A stretch of 64,000 nt of DNA from Candidatus Altimarinota bacterium (GCA_041738505.1 JBGSPQ010000040.1:6092-70091); one strand, 5' to 3'. Numbered from the stretch's first letter, positions 44,934 through 54,438 are shown. Numbers and translations are program-made. The notes: generated by a model from the sequence alone, not told the origin.

Positions 44934-45554
44934 ATGGAATTTCTCTACCTTATCGCATCTCTGGTTATTGTTATTACAATTCATGAATTTTCGCACGCTT
45001 GGACGGCTTTTAAATTGGGTGATCCCACTGCCAAATTTGAAGGAAGGGTGAGTTTGAATCCTTTAAGGCATCTGGATCCTATTGGCACCCTGATGATGTT
45101 TTTGGTGCATATTGGCTGGGGCAAGCCGGTTCCGGTGAATCCGAAGTATTTTAAAAACAGGACCAGGGATGAAGCTTTAACGGCTTTGGCGGGGCCTTTG
45201 TCCAATCTGATACTGGCCGTGGTGATTGCCATTCCCCTTAAGTATTATGGGGACAGAATGTTTGATCAGGTTTTTGTGTTTTTGAATATTCTGATGGATA
45301 TCAGCATTATTCTTTTTGCTTTTAATATGCTGCCTTTTCCGCCACTGGACGGGTCAAAGTTTCTTGGATGGTTCATTCCCCGCAAGTATAAGCCAAAATA
45401 TGATTTGTACTTGCAGAACGGAACTGTTTATTTTTTGATTTTTCTGGTGACAGACAGGTTTTTGTTGCTTAAGATTTTTGGCTTCTCCTTCCTTTCCGAG
45501 TTTATCGGGGTGATTTTTACTTTTGTAAAAACGGCAATATTTTTAGGTACGTAA
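44934..45554 (+). CDS. site-2 protease family (M50) membrane metalloprotease
   Basis: 206 aa, polytopic, with HEFSHA (HExxH) in TM1 and FNMLPFPPLDGSK (the NxxPxxxLDG motif). Confidence 0.8.
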   Translation: MEFLYLIASLVIVITIHEFSHAWTAFKLGDPTAKFEGRVSLNPLRHLDPIGTLMMFLVHIGWGKPVPVNPKYFKNRTRDEALTALAGPLSNLILAVVIAIPLKYYGDRMFDQVFVFLNILMDISIILFAFNMLPFPPLDGSKFLGWFIPRKYKPKYDLYLQNGTVYFLIFLVTDRFLLLKIFGFSFLSEFIGVIFTFVKTAIFLGT

Positions 45555-45610
45555 ATGTGAATATCTTGAATTCGGGCGGGGAAAAGTGGTATCCTTGATA
45601 AGGTGTGTTT

Positions 45611-45651
45611 AAGGTTTTTCCGCTTGCTGATGGGGGAAAGCCTTGTTTTTT
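45611..45651 (+). terminator. probable terminator of the M50 protease gene
   Basis: aaggtttttcc (45611-21) pairs with ggggaaagcctt (45633-44) over 11 bp including two G-T pairs. The loop is 12 nt and gtttttt follows. Confidence 0.5.
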
Positions 45652-45660
45652 ATATGGAAG

Positions 45661-45835
45661 GGGGGTAAGGTTGGGATGTCTCTGGTTTGTTCGTTAACAA
45701 ATCACAAATACTCTCTCTTCGTTAGCTTTAAGGGAATTCAAGATGGTTGCGATCGTGGTCGCAACATGAGGATACCCACCTGGGCATTTGGGGGCCTAGT
45801 GTCTGTGGAGCTACGGCACGCCGGAGAACTAATTT
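45661..45835. ncRNA. candidate small structured RNA (family and strand unknown)
   Basis: An approximately 175-nt non-coding segment lies between two terminators. It contains a hairpin gttgcga/tcgcaac (45746-45765) and tttgtt/aacaaa pairing near 45686-45702. G-rich runs are present. The only ORF here (64 aa) looks unprotein-like. Confidence 0.3.
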
Positions 45836-45872
45836 AAAAAGAATCTTTTGAATCATTCAAAAGATTTTTTTT
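45836..45872. terminator. bidirectional rho-independent terminator
   Basis: aatcttttga (45842-51) pairs with tcaaaagatt (45857-66) around the loop atcat, flanked by aaaaa and tttttttt. It lies 4 nt from the stop of the 976-aa gene. Confidence 0.8.
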
Positions 45873-45875
45873 AAA

Positions 45876-48806
45876 TTAGTTTTGGATCAGATCTATGGTG
45901 AAGATGGTGGAATAGGTGCCGGGCGTGGTGTTGGAGGGGATGTTAAGATAGAAGCTTAACGCTGTGCTGGCGCGCAGATAATGGCCGACAGACGCCGCCG
46001 AAATGATGGTGACGGGACCGGAGGCAAAGTTTTCACCGCTGGTCAGGTAGGTGGCCGGATAGGCGAGATCGCCGGTGGTTTTTAGCGGAGCGATGAGGTT
46101 TTGGCCCAGTGACCCTTCTGCATAGGTGATTTGTTCCGCGGAGGTTGTTCCGTTTAAATCCGGATCAAGGGTGTTTAAATTTGCCGAGCCGGGGGTTGTT
46201 GTTACCAAATAGAGATTGGTTAGATTTATTGTTTCGTAGCCGTTGGTCAAAGAGGAGGCCTGAATGGTAACGTTAAAACTGCCGGTGCCGCTTAAATCCC
46301 TTATTGTCAGGATGTCGTCACTACTGACGGTTGTGTTGTTGAAACTGCTTTGGGCGATTGATGTGGCGTATTTTGCGGGAAAATTGAAAGATGACGGAAC
46401 ATTTTCAAAGTAGGCGGGGGCGGGATTGATGCGCAGGCCCAGGCACATTTCGCCGACCGCGCTGATGGGCCCCGCTCCGTCGGTGTCATCGTTGTAGAGC
46501 ATGGGGGCGCAGGGGGAGTTAAGGTCGTTGGTGATGACCGTGACAAAGTAGTCGGAGTCGGTGGAATTTTTGTATGGTCTTAATGTGTCCGGAGTGGTGG
46601 GGAAGTCCATTGAATATGTTTGTCCGGTCACATATAAATGGCCGGCCGCGTCCATATCGAGTCCCGCCGAATAATATTCGGTGCTGTCTATTCCTCCAAG
46701 GTATGTGCCGGCGGTTAACGAGCTTAAGTCGTTTGGAAATTTAAACAGGAATATATCTTCATAATCCTGGGGATTGCGCTGGTATGCATCGTTGGTGACG
46801 GGTAAATTGGGGGAAGATGTTGAGCCGGCCAGATAAATGTTGCCTGCCGGGTCCGCCGTAATGCGCGGGTAATAATCCATCTCACTGCCGCAGATTACGG
46901 CCACTTCGGCTTCGGTGAGGTTAAAATTTAAGTTTGCCACATAAATGTCATCGTCGCCGCAGCCGTTCAGCACCTGATTATTGGGGTTATCATCGTAATC
47001 GTAGCGGCGGTTGTTTCCGTCGGTGCGGAGTATGTCAAAAAAGCCGTAGGCGTTGGTGGTGTCGTTGGCGGTGATGATTCTGTATACGCCCGCTCCGGCG
47101 TTGTGGATGTGGATTGATCCCAGTCCGTAGGATGTGTTTGCACCTCCCAAAAAGGTGGATGCTTCCAGCGTTGTTAATTTTGAATTGAATCTTGCCAAAA
47201 ATTTGTCGTTTGTGCCTCCTCCGAATGTCGGTTGGTAGGCGTTTACAGGGTCCGCGATTTCCAATCCGGCATCGGTTGCCCCGGTGATGAATATTTTATC
47301 ATTGTCGGGGGTGGCGTCGGTTGAGTGGACTGTAATGTTTGGATTGTTCATGTCGGTCTGGATGAACGTTCCGGCATAATATGTATTGCTTAATTGGTCA
47401 TTCAATCTTGAAATGAAAATTTCCGTGCCTGTTGTGCCCGCAGAGTGGTTATATACTTCGTCCGCTCCGGATGTCGGGGCGGAGGGAAAGGTGTTTCCTC
47501 CTCCGGTGTTGGCAGTTGTTCCGGTTATGTAAACGTAACCGTTTTTGACTTCCAGGTTGCCGGGTTTATCGGATTTGTCGCCTCCCAAATAGGTCGCGGA
47601 GGTGATTGAATCCAGCGATGGCGGAAGTTTCATTATGGCGGCGTCGTTGCTGCCGCCGATAGTCTGTTGATAGGAAGATGCTGTTGTGGGAATGTCGGTG
47701 GAGGTTGTCTGAAATGATAAATAAATGTTGCCCGCGCTGTCTGCGGTTACGGAGGAGTAAATGTCCTGGCCGTCACCACCCACAAGCGCGGCGGCGCTGA
47801 TTTCACTTAGGTCAAGAGGCATCTTGACGATAAAAATATCATGAATACCTCTTTCCGATGCGACCGCTTCGGGGAGGAAAGAAGCCGGGAAGTCACCGGC
47901 GGTTTCTGTATATCCTGTAACGTAAACGTATTCCAGACTGTCCGCGGGATCCGTTGCGATTATCATTATGTTGTTGGCGGAGCCCATTTCCGCGGTAAAT
48001 TCTTCGTTGTTTTCACCCCCGACGAATGTGGAATACAAAATAGGGTCAATTATAAGGTCGTAAGAGGAATCGTAACGACCAATGAAAAATCCGTATGAAT
48101 TTTCGTCTATAATTTTGTAACCGATTTCCACTTCTTTACGGGTTGAACCGATTTGTTGAAAAGCGACGGGTTTGGAAAATTTTATGGTTTTGGAATGATC
48201 CGTATTGTCCCAGTCTATAAGCAGTTCACCAAGGTCGTTAAGGGAAAGAGACGAATGTCCGCGCAGTTCCAGTTTGATAGCAGTCGGGTCGGCGTTTGGT
48301 TTTACCGTGATTAATTTTTCTATGTTTCCTTGCGATTGTCGCAGGGTTGCGGTGATGCCACTATAAATTTCGCCGAGGCTGATGAATTTATAGCGGGTGA
48401 GGTTTTTTTGAGAATTGGTTTTTCCGGTAAGGTTGCTGAAGGGGATTATTTGGGTTTCCATTCCGGAGGGGTTTGTTGTCGCTCCGATAAAATTTTCCGT
48501 GATTGAATATTGTTTATTTTTGTTGCCGATTTTGTATGTCATTTCACCGTTATTGCCGACTTCAAAACGGCCGTTTTTTATTTTTCCGTAAAATAATGGT
48601 CCTGTGGTTTCGTGCTCCGGATTTAAAGTAAATAGAGATCCGAATGCCTGAGTTGTTTTCTTGATGTCTTTGAAATTGATGCGGGTTTGATTTTTGGAAA
48701 GATGCTCGGTGGAGTGTCCCAAAGCCGGGGAGAAATTAAGCAGAATAGCCGAAATTACCAGTATGGAACTTAATTTAAAAAAACGGATTGTATGTTTTTT
48801 GTTCAT
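45876..48806 (-). CDS. giant secreted beta-propeller-repeat (SBBP-like) surface protein
   Basis: 976 aa with a signal anchor (FKLSSILVISAILLNFSPALG). There are many units of the type ..YVTGYT..DFP.., IYLSFQTTSTDIPTT, IYLAGSTSSPNLPVTNDAYQ and LYVTGQTYSMDFPTTPDTL. The C-terminal approximately 200 aa are homologous to the C-terminus of the next gene. Confidence 0.65.
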   Translation of the reverse strand: MNKKHTIRFFKLSSILVISAILLNFSPALGHSTEHLSKNQTRINFKDIKKTTQAFGSLFTLNPEHETTGPLFYGKIKNGRFEVGNNGEMTYKIGNKNKQYSITENFIGATTNPSGMETQIIPFSNLTGKTNSQKNLTRYKFISLGEIYSGITATLRQSQGNIEKLITVKPNADPTAIKLELRGHSSLSLNDLGELLIDWDNTDHSKTIKFSKPVAFQQIGSTRKEVEIGYKIIDENSYGFFIGRYDSSYDLIIDPILYSTFVGGENNEEFTAEMGSANNIMIIATDPADSLEYVYVTGYTETAGDFPASFLPEAVASERGIHDIFIVKMPLDLSEISAAALVGGDGQDIYSSVTADSAGNIYLSFQTTSTDIPTTASSYQQTIGGSNDAAIMKLPPSLDSITSATYLGGDKSDKPGNLEVKNGYVYITGTTANTGGGNTFPSAPTSGADEVYNHSAGTTGTEIFISRLNDQLSNTYYAGTFIQTDMNNPNITVHSTDATPDNDKIFITGATDAGLEIADPVNAYQPTFGGGTNDKFLARFNSKLTTLEASTFLGGANTSYGLGSIHIHNAGAGVYRIITANDTTNAYGFFDILRTDGNNRRYDYDDNPNNQVLNGCGDDDIYVANLNFNLTEAEVAVICGSEMDYYPRITADPAGNIYLAGSTSSPNLPVTNDAYQRNPQDYEDIFLFKFPNDLSSLTAGTYLGGIDSTEYYSAGLDMDAAGHLYVTGQTYSMDFPTTPDTLRPYKNSTDSDYFVTVITNDLNSPCAPMLYNDDTDGAGPISAVGEMCLGLRINPAPAYFENVPSSFNFPAKYATSIAQSSFNNTTVSSDDILTIRDLSGTGSFNVTIQASSLTNGYETINLTNLYLVTTTPGSANLNTLDPDLNGTTSAEQITYAEGSLGQNLIAPLKTTGDLAYPATYLTSGENFASGPVTIISAASVGHYLRASTALSFYLNIPSNTTPGTYSTIFTIDLIQN

Positions 48807-48808
48807 TA

Positions 48809-50965
48809 TTACGTGGTGCTGTCGGTTAAGTCGTAGGTGAGAATCAGGGAGTAGTCGCCGGGCAGTTGGTCGTAATCAATTTTAAGGTCAAAGTTGGTGT
48901 AAAGCGACATTTCGCCCACGCGCCCCGCCGTTGAAGCCAGAGTGCCGACCATTAAATCCAAAGGGTATCCTCCAAACTGGGAAACCTGCAGACTTGTGTG
49001 CGGGGCGCTCTGAAATCCCCACCCCGTTGTGTAGGTTGCCGGAGTGGAAATGTCGTCGGTGGTTTCGTCCACATAAAGAGGGGGCGAAACGGTTTTGGAG
49101 CCCGTGAAGTCGGTGCTGTAGTTAATGCCGCCCGCTTTGTTCGGGTCGGTTTCGTCAATTGTGGTTATCAGAAAGAGATTGCTCAAAGGGATAACGTTGG
49201 TGCCGTCCGTGAAAGTCCCCTGGGTTGTAACCTGAACTATAAATCCTCCCGTGTCTCTTTCGTCCAGAACCGTCAACAGATCGTCGGTGCCGGGCGGGTC
49301 GGGTACGGTTGAGTTGCTGCAGATGTTTGCCGGTGATGCCAGCGATGATGTGTTGTTGCAATGATGTGAGGTCGTTCCCGTTGTGATGGTTCCGAAGTTG
49401 AATGATTCGGGAATGTTTGTGAATGTAAGCACGTAATTTGATATCTGTTGCGATCCGCAGAAAGATGATGAATTTGTTTCGGAGCAGATGCTGCCCACGG
49501 TGTCTTTAATGTATTGAGAGTGGATATCTGTGGTCGCTCCGGCGCCGGGTTGTCGCGCCCAGGCGATGACGGCGTCTCCGTTGCCCGCCGAGACCGCGGA
49601 GGGACTTGCGTCCGTGTAGTTTGATGTTTGGTCGGTTTCAACCGCTTCCCCGCCGGTGGTCCAAAGAACGCTGCCCGCGCTGTTCAAATGTTGGGCGCGG
49701 ATATCGGTAAATGTTCCCTGATTGTCCACAAAAATGACAATGGCTCCGTTTGCACCGTTTGAAATGATTTTGTTATTGTTCTGGCTCTTGCTGTCGCCGG
49801 TGATGGAAAGGGCTTTACCGTTCAGTATCCATCGTGAAATCAGGTCTCCGTCCACGCGCTGGGCATAGATGTCGGTGTAGGAACCGGAACGCGGATCGTC
49901 CCAGCTGATGATTACTCCCGATGGTGTGCCAAGGTTGTCGCTTACAAGATGTGGGCTTGTCTGTGATCCGGTTGAATTGCAGATTGATTTTCCCGTGCCG
50001 GCAATATCCAGCGTGCCGGTACCGTCCACTCGTTGAAGATAAATATTATAATCGGAGCCGTTTTGTTCTTCAAAGGCAACATATGCTCCGCCGTTGCCGT
50101 CGGAAACCATGTCGTGATTGCCAATGTCGTAGGAAGCGGACTCAATTTCAGTCGGGGATGCCCAATCTTCCGTTGCGGTGTCAGGATCATATTTAACCGC
50201 GGTGATGATTTTTTTGATTCCGTCATCGGTTTCGTAACTTACAATTAAGCCGTTCGTTTCCGTCTGTATTATTTTTGCGTTGTAATCGTTGTCGCCGGTT
50301 GCCCCAAGAACAAGTGGCGGGTCAAAATCGCCGTCCAGCAAGCCGGTGGAAAGTACGTGTGTGAAATAAATGTCAAAATCCCCGCCGGAATCGTTTTCCC
50401 AAAGTACATATGCTCCGCCGGAACCATCGTCCAATAGAACGGGATTGATTGATTCGGTATCAAGTAAAATTCCGTTGGATGTCCAGACGGGGGCGCCGTC
50501 CGTATCCAGTTTTTGAATATATACTTCTTCCGGAGTGTTCCTGGAATCGCCCCAGGCGATTATTGTTCCACCCGAATCCGAAGCCGTTATTGCTATTGCT
50601 CCGGCGAAGGGTTGGTTACCGGTGGTGGCGGAGACCGGCACTCCGTTTGAAGCCCACTGAATCACCCCGAGTGAATTTATTTTTTGCGCGTAAATGTCGT
50701 AGTCGGTCTCGTTGCGCGCGTCCGCCCATGTAATAACAAAATTTCCGTCGGTTGTTCGGACGATTTGTTGTGAGTCCTGATTTACGGGATTGGAAGAAAT
50801 GTCTCCCGGCGCGTTGGCGATGATTACCCCATCGGTGTAAGGAGAATTCCATTGGAGAGCGCCGGCTGCACCGGCTATCAATGCGTTGATTGATGACAAT
50901 ATTAAAATCGACAGCAAGGCCGCCGTGATTTTAAGAGTTTTTTTTGCTCCCGCTTTATCTCCCAT
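48809..50965 (-). CDS. giant secreted repeat (propeller-like) surface protein
   Basis: 718 aa with a signal peptide. There are at least seven approximately 55-aa repeats marked by D(I/V)Y(A/I)Q(K/R)(I/V/L)..G...W..nG. The C-terminal module is shared with the 976-aa protein (PESFNF.., DDLLTVLDERDTGGFIVQV, IPLSNLFLITT, PGDYSLILTYDL). Confidence 0.65.
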   Translation of the reverse strand: MGDKAGAKKTLKITAALLSILILSSINALIAGAAGALQWNSPYTDGVIIANAPGDISSNPVNQDSQQIVRTTDGNFVITWADARNETDYDIYAQKINSLGVIQWASNGVPVSATTGNQPFAGAIAITASDSGGTIIAWGDSRNTPEEVYIQKLDTDGAPVWTSNGILLDTESINPVLLDDGSGGAYVLWENDSGGDFDIYFTHVLSTGLLDGDFDPPLVLGATGDNDYNAKIIQTETNGLIVSYETDDGIKKIITAVKYDPDTATEDWASPTEIESASYDIGNHDMVSDGNGGAYVAFEEQNGSDYNIYLQRVDGTGTLDIAGTGKSICNSTGSQTSPHLVSDNLGTPSGVIISWDDPRSGSYTDIYAQRVDGDLISRWILNGKALSITGDSKSQNNNKIISNGANGAIVIFVDNQGTFTDIRAQHLNSAGSVLWTTGGEAVETDQTSNYTDASPSAVSAGNGDAVIAWARQPGAGATTDIHSQYIKDTVGSICSETNSSSFCGSQQISNYVLTFTNIPESFNFGTITTGTTSHHCNNTSSLASPANICSNSTVPDPPGTDDLLTVLDERDTGGFIVQVTTQGTFTDGTNVIPLSNLFLITTIDETDPNKAGGINYSTDFTGSKTVSPPLYVDETTDDISTPATYTTGWGFQSAPHTSLQVSQFGGYPLDLMVGTLASTAGRVGEMSLYTNFDLKIDYDQLPGDYSLILTYDLTDSTT

Positions 50966-51126
50966 CTGATATGCTTTTTTGTGTTTTTTTACCCTTATAT
51001 TTTACCTTTTTTTGTATTTTTTGTACAGAATAAAAGTATAAAATTGTCTCTTAATAAAGGGCTATTTGTTGAAAATTTTTGTGTAGTGATGTTAAATTGA
51101 CCGCAATTATCAATCAATAATATTGC

Positions 51127-51723
51127 ATGGGTAAAAATACAGCCGAATCAAAAAGTAATGATGGTGCAGGTAAAGAAGCGATTGCACAGGGGAAAAGAAT
51201 ATCGGGGATCAGGGCTAAATACGATGCGGATATGATGGGGAAAATTCGCGAACAAATAGATGTTTTCCGAAGAGAAAAGTTTGCTTCGGGATTTCCTCAG
51301 GCGATAAATGTAGGTGAATCGGCCGGTAATGACGGTGGGGAATTTGAGACCGAAGCGGAAAAGGAAGCCAGAAGAGACGCGTTTGACTGCGAGTCTCCTC
51401 TTTTTAACGAGGAAAAAATGAAAGAGGTGATAACCAGAATTTGCGGTAAAATGTATTGGGATTTTCTGGAATCTGGTCATCCGTTGGCAAGATTCTGGGT
51501 GCAGTTAAGGAACGGTCTGGAGGTGATACCAAGGTCGGAATATGTTTATTATATCCAATCCATACTTGAGCGGGCGGTTGAAGATACGGCTGATTTGGGA
51601 AGCAGTAAAATGAAGGTGGAATTTATGAAAAAATACGGATTTGAAAGTGATTCGGAAGTGGAGGAATATTTGGTGACCATACTGGAAGAATCGGATGTTG
51701 AAAATGTTATTGGTGTCGAGTAG
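51127..51723 (+). CDS. hypothetical protein (198 aa)
   Basis: Acidic ORF with no recognised motif, followed 9 nt later by a methyltransferase gene. Confidence 0.45.
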   Translation: MGKNTAESKSNDGAGKEAIAQGKRISGIRAKYDADMMGKIREQIDVFRREKFASGFPQAINVGESAGNDGGEFETEAEKEARRDAFDCESPLFNEEKMKEVITRICGKMYWDFLESGHPLARFWVQLRNGLEVIPRSEYVYYIQSILERAVEDTADLGSSKMKVEFMKKYGFESDSEVEEYLVTILEESDVENVIGVE

Positions 51724-51732
51724 AGTGGGTTC

Positions 51733-52281
51733 ATGTATTCCGCCGATTATTTAGAGACTTTGTTGTGGTTTTTTGCCGGGTTTTTTGTGTTTGTGGAGTT
51801 GCCGATTTTGCTGGCGGCTTTTTCCATGGCGCCGTGGCTGCCGACAAGGAAATCCGATTTGCCAAGGGTGAACGAATTGCTGAAATTGAAGAAAGGGGAG
51901 GTTTTTTATGATTTGGGGTGCGGGGACGGAAGGATTTGTCACTATGTGGCGGAGCGGAATCCGGAGGCTGATGTATGCGGTTTTGAGCTGGCGTATCCGT
52001 TGTTTTTATGGGCGCGTCTGATGCAGTTGTTTCGGCCGAAAAAAAATTTAAGGATTAAGCTTAAAAATGTTTTTAAACAGGATTTGTCGGGTGCCGATGT
52101 GATTTATTTTTTCGGTTTGCGGAAGACTTTGAATAAAAGGTTGAAGAAAAAATTTGAAAGGGAGCTTAAAAAGGGGACGCGTGTTTTTGTGTATGATGAT
52201 GAAATTGAAGGATGGGAAAAGCTTGGTGTGAACCGGCCCACTCATGATGATGTACCGATTTACATTTATGCAAAGTCCTGA
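51733..52281 (+). CDS. class I SAM-dependent methyltransferase with an N-terminal TM segment
   Basis: Motif I is VFYDLGCGDGRI, an acidic post-I residue occurs in CGFELA, and motif-II-like DVIYFFG is present. The product is 182 aa. Confidence 0.6.
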   Translation: MYSADYLETLLWFFAGFFVFVELPILLAAFSMAPWLPTRKSDLPRVNELLKLKKGEVFYDLGCGDGRICHYVAERNPEADVCGFELAYPLFLWARLMQLFRPKKNLRIKLKNVFKQDLSGADVIYFFGLRKTLNKRLKKKFERELKKGTRVFVYDDEIEGWEKLGVNRPTHDDVPIYIYAKS

Positions 52282-52286
52282 AATAA

Positions 52287-52313
52287 AATAACCTTCGATA
52301 TACGAAGGTTATT
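52287..52313. terminator. hairpin terminator between the methyltransferase and ugd genes
   Basis: aataaccttcg (52287-97) pairs perfectly with cgaaggttatt (52303-13) around the loop atata. The T-richness lies partly inside the stem, so efficiency is uncertain. Confidence 0.5.
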
Positions 52314-52468
52314 AAGTCGAAATGATGTCCACTTATGCCCTTGTAAACCTTCTCCCTGAATGTTTCATCATTTGCATGCTCAGCAAAGATGAATATATAT
52401 TTTTATAGGGGAGGTCGTGGGGGACAAAGTTTTCATCACGGGTATATAATACCTTTTGAATAAATTTT

Positions 52469-53785
52469 TCAAGTCCCAAGGATTTTTAGGCCGCTTTTTT
52501 CGCCTTTGGACTGATCCAGGACGTTTCTGCCGTCAAAAATCAGGAATCCTTTCATTACGGATTTGAGTTTTTTGAAGTCGGGGTTTATGAATTCGTGCCA
52601 TTCGGTTAAAAGGACAAGTGCGTTGGAACTTTGGGCGGAGGCGTATTTGTCGGTGAAATATTTTATTTTTGCCGATGGACGGAAGTTTTTTTTTGCATTG
52701 GAATTGGCCGCGGGATCGTATAAATGCAGTGTATGACCGGCTTTATTTAGAGTTTTTATTATTTCCACCGCGGGGCTGTCGCGCAGGTCGTCGGTTTCGG
52801 GCTTGTAGGCCAAGCCCCAGATTGCTATTTTGCAGGGTTTTTCACCGTATGTTTTTTTTAGTTCGGCGGTGATTTTTCTGATTAAATTTTTCCGCCGGTT
52901 TGAATTGACGGCGGAAACTTGTTCCAAAATTCGAAAGGGAAGATGTGCATTTTTACCGATTGAAATCAGACTTTTTATGTCTTTGGAAAGACATCCTCCT
53001 CCGTAGCCAACTCCGGATTGCAGATACGTTGGTCCGATTCTGGAATCCAATCCGATGGCTTTGGAAACATCTTTGATGTTGATGCCGGTTTTTTGGCAAT
53101 AGCCGGCAATTTCATTGATGAAAGAAATTTTGGTGGCGATGAAAGCGTTGGCGGCGTATTTGACCAGTTCGGCGGTTTTGATGTCCGTGAAAATTGTCGG
53201 AATTTTCCTTCGCATAAAGGGGGCGTATAAATCTTTCATGATTTGCGCGGAGCCTTTGTTTTCGGTTCCTATGATTATTCTTTCGGGTTCCATAAAATCT
53301 TTTACCGCCGTTCCCTGACGAAGGAATTCCGGGTTGGAGACTATATCAAAATCTTTTTGAGTGTGATTTTTAGTTATAGAAGAAATGATTTTTCGGCATT
53401 CCGCACCGGTGCCCACGGGGACGGTGGATTTGTTGACGAAGATTTTCGGTTCACTTAAGTTTTTCGCGAAGAGGAGCGCCACTTTATAAGTTTCCTTTAA
53501 ATCGGGTAGGCCTTTTTTATTGAGTGGTGTTCCCACGCAGTTGAAAACAATGTCGCTTTTTTTAACGGCGTCAGCGCCGTTTGTTTGAAAATCCAGCCGA
53601 TTTTTTTTTACATTTTTTGAGATGAGCTCTTTTAGTCCGGGTTCATGGATGGGACAGGATAGCCGTTTTAATTGCGCTATTTTGGCCTTGTTCCGGTCAA
53701 CGCAAATGACCTTGTTTCCGAGTTCGGCAAAACAGGTCCCGGTCACGAGACCGACGTATCCTGTACCAATAATCGCGATTTTCAA
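52469..53785 (-). CDS. ugd: UDP-glucose 6-dehydrogenase (nucleotide-sugar dehydrogenase family)
   Basis: 438 aa. The Rossmann N-terminus is MKIAIIGTGYVGLVTG.CFAELG and the catalytic Cys block is GYGGGCLSKD. The apparent TTG start overlaps the stop of the upstream gene (TTGA). Confidence 0.88.
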   Translation of the reverse strand: MKIAIIGTGYVGLVTGTCFAELGNKVICVDRNKAKIAQLKRLSCPIHEPGLKELISKNVKKNRLDFQTNGADAVKKSDIVFNCVGTPLNKKGLPDLKETYKVALLFAKNLSEPKIFVNKSTVPVGTGAECRKIISSITKNHTQKDFDIVSNPEFLRQGTAVKDFMEPERIIIGTENKGSAQIMKDLYAPFMRRKIPTIFTDIKTAELVKYAANAFIATKISFINEIAGYCQKTGINIKDVSKAIGLDSRIGPTYLQSGVGYGGGCLSKDIKSLISIGKNAHLPFRILEQVSAVNSNRRKNLIRKITAELKKTYGEKPCKIAIWGLAYKPETDDLRDSPAVEIIKTLNKAGHTLHLYDPAANSNAKKNFRPSAKIKYFTDKYASAQSSNALVLLTEWHEFINPDFKKLKSVMKGFLIFDGRNVLDQSKGEKSGLKILGT

Positions 53786-54438
53786 GCGGATGTAGTATTA
53801 AAAAATTCCAGTATTTCTTCCACGCAATTGTCCAATGTGCATTTGCCCGTGTCTATCACTTTGTCGGTGAGCGCGGCGTAAAGCGGTTTTCTAAGCACCA
53901 GGTGATCCATGGAGTTTTTGATGATTTCGTCGGTAACCAGTTCTTTTTGTTTTTTGGGATTGCCTTCGTATTTTTTTAGTTCCTCTTCCAGTCGTGCGGC
54001 TGATTCTTTGTCCAACGGGGGGCGCGTGGGCTCGGCGGAGGCCATTTCAAATTCGCGCATGCGCTCTTCCAGAATGTTTTCATCGGCGGTTAAAAGTACG
54101 GTGAGGGTTTCCGTTCGGTCTTTAAACAGCGCGGCGTTCAATTCACCAAACGGTTTACCCGATTGCGGCTGTACTAAATCGGTAACGGGGGCTCCCCCTC
54201 CCACACTTACAATCAAATTTCGCTTGTGCAGAAGTTCCATCAATACATTGTGTTCCAGTTGGCGGAATTCCAGCCAGGAAGTGCCGTTTTTGGTTAGTGT
54301 GTTGATGCTGGTTCCGGATTTTTCTTTGATCAATTCATCGGTATCCAGAAATTCCCAGCCCAGTTTTTGAGCTAACCGTTTGCCGATGGTGCTCTTGCCT
54401 GTGGCGCGGAAGCCGATTAAAAATATTGAATGATACAT
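53782..54438 (-). CDS. shikimate-kinase-like P-loop kinase with a C-terminal extension
   Basis: IFLIGFRATGKSTIGKRLAQKLGWEFLDTDELI and VGGGAPV follow the AroK pattern. At 218 aa it is about 50 aa longer than typical AroK. No other shikimate-pathway gene is nearby. Confidence 0.55.
   Translation of the reverse strand: MYHSIFLIGFRATGKSTIGKRLAQKLGWEFLDTDELIKEKSGTSINTLTKNGTSWLEFRQLEHNVLMELLHKRNLIVSVGGGAPVTDLVQPQSGKPFGELNAALFKDRTETLTVLLTADENILEERMREFEMASAEPTRPPLDKESAARLEEELKKYEGNPKKQKELVTDEIIKNSMDHLVLRKPLYAALTDKVIDTGKCTLDNCVEEILEFFNTTSA

Noticed and set aside
45661-45835. Identity as tmRNA, RNase P RNA, SRP RNA or 6S RNA (the same question applies to 38462-38648)
   Set aside because: I could not find the diagnostic motifs on either strand. 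These are the tmRNA tRNA-like 3' end with GGTTCGA..CCA, the RNase P GAGGAAAGTCC / ACAGAA..CCGGCTTA, and the SRP GGAA..AGCAGCC. A covariance-model scan is needed to be sure.
45643-45837. 64-aa ORF in the terminator-bracketed spacer
   Set aside because: It has no SD and an odd composition, and it begins inside the upstream terminator's T-tract. I treat the region as non-coding (candidate RNA) instead.
52316-52468. 28-aa ORF (MMSTYALVNLLPECFIICMLSKDEYIFL) and an aaatgatg/catcattt inverted repeat downstream of ugd
   Set aside because: There is no SD. The stem is only 8 bp with a loop of about 40 nt, and the sequence has no conservation I can assess. It is too weak to report as a feature.
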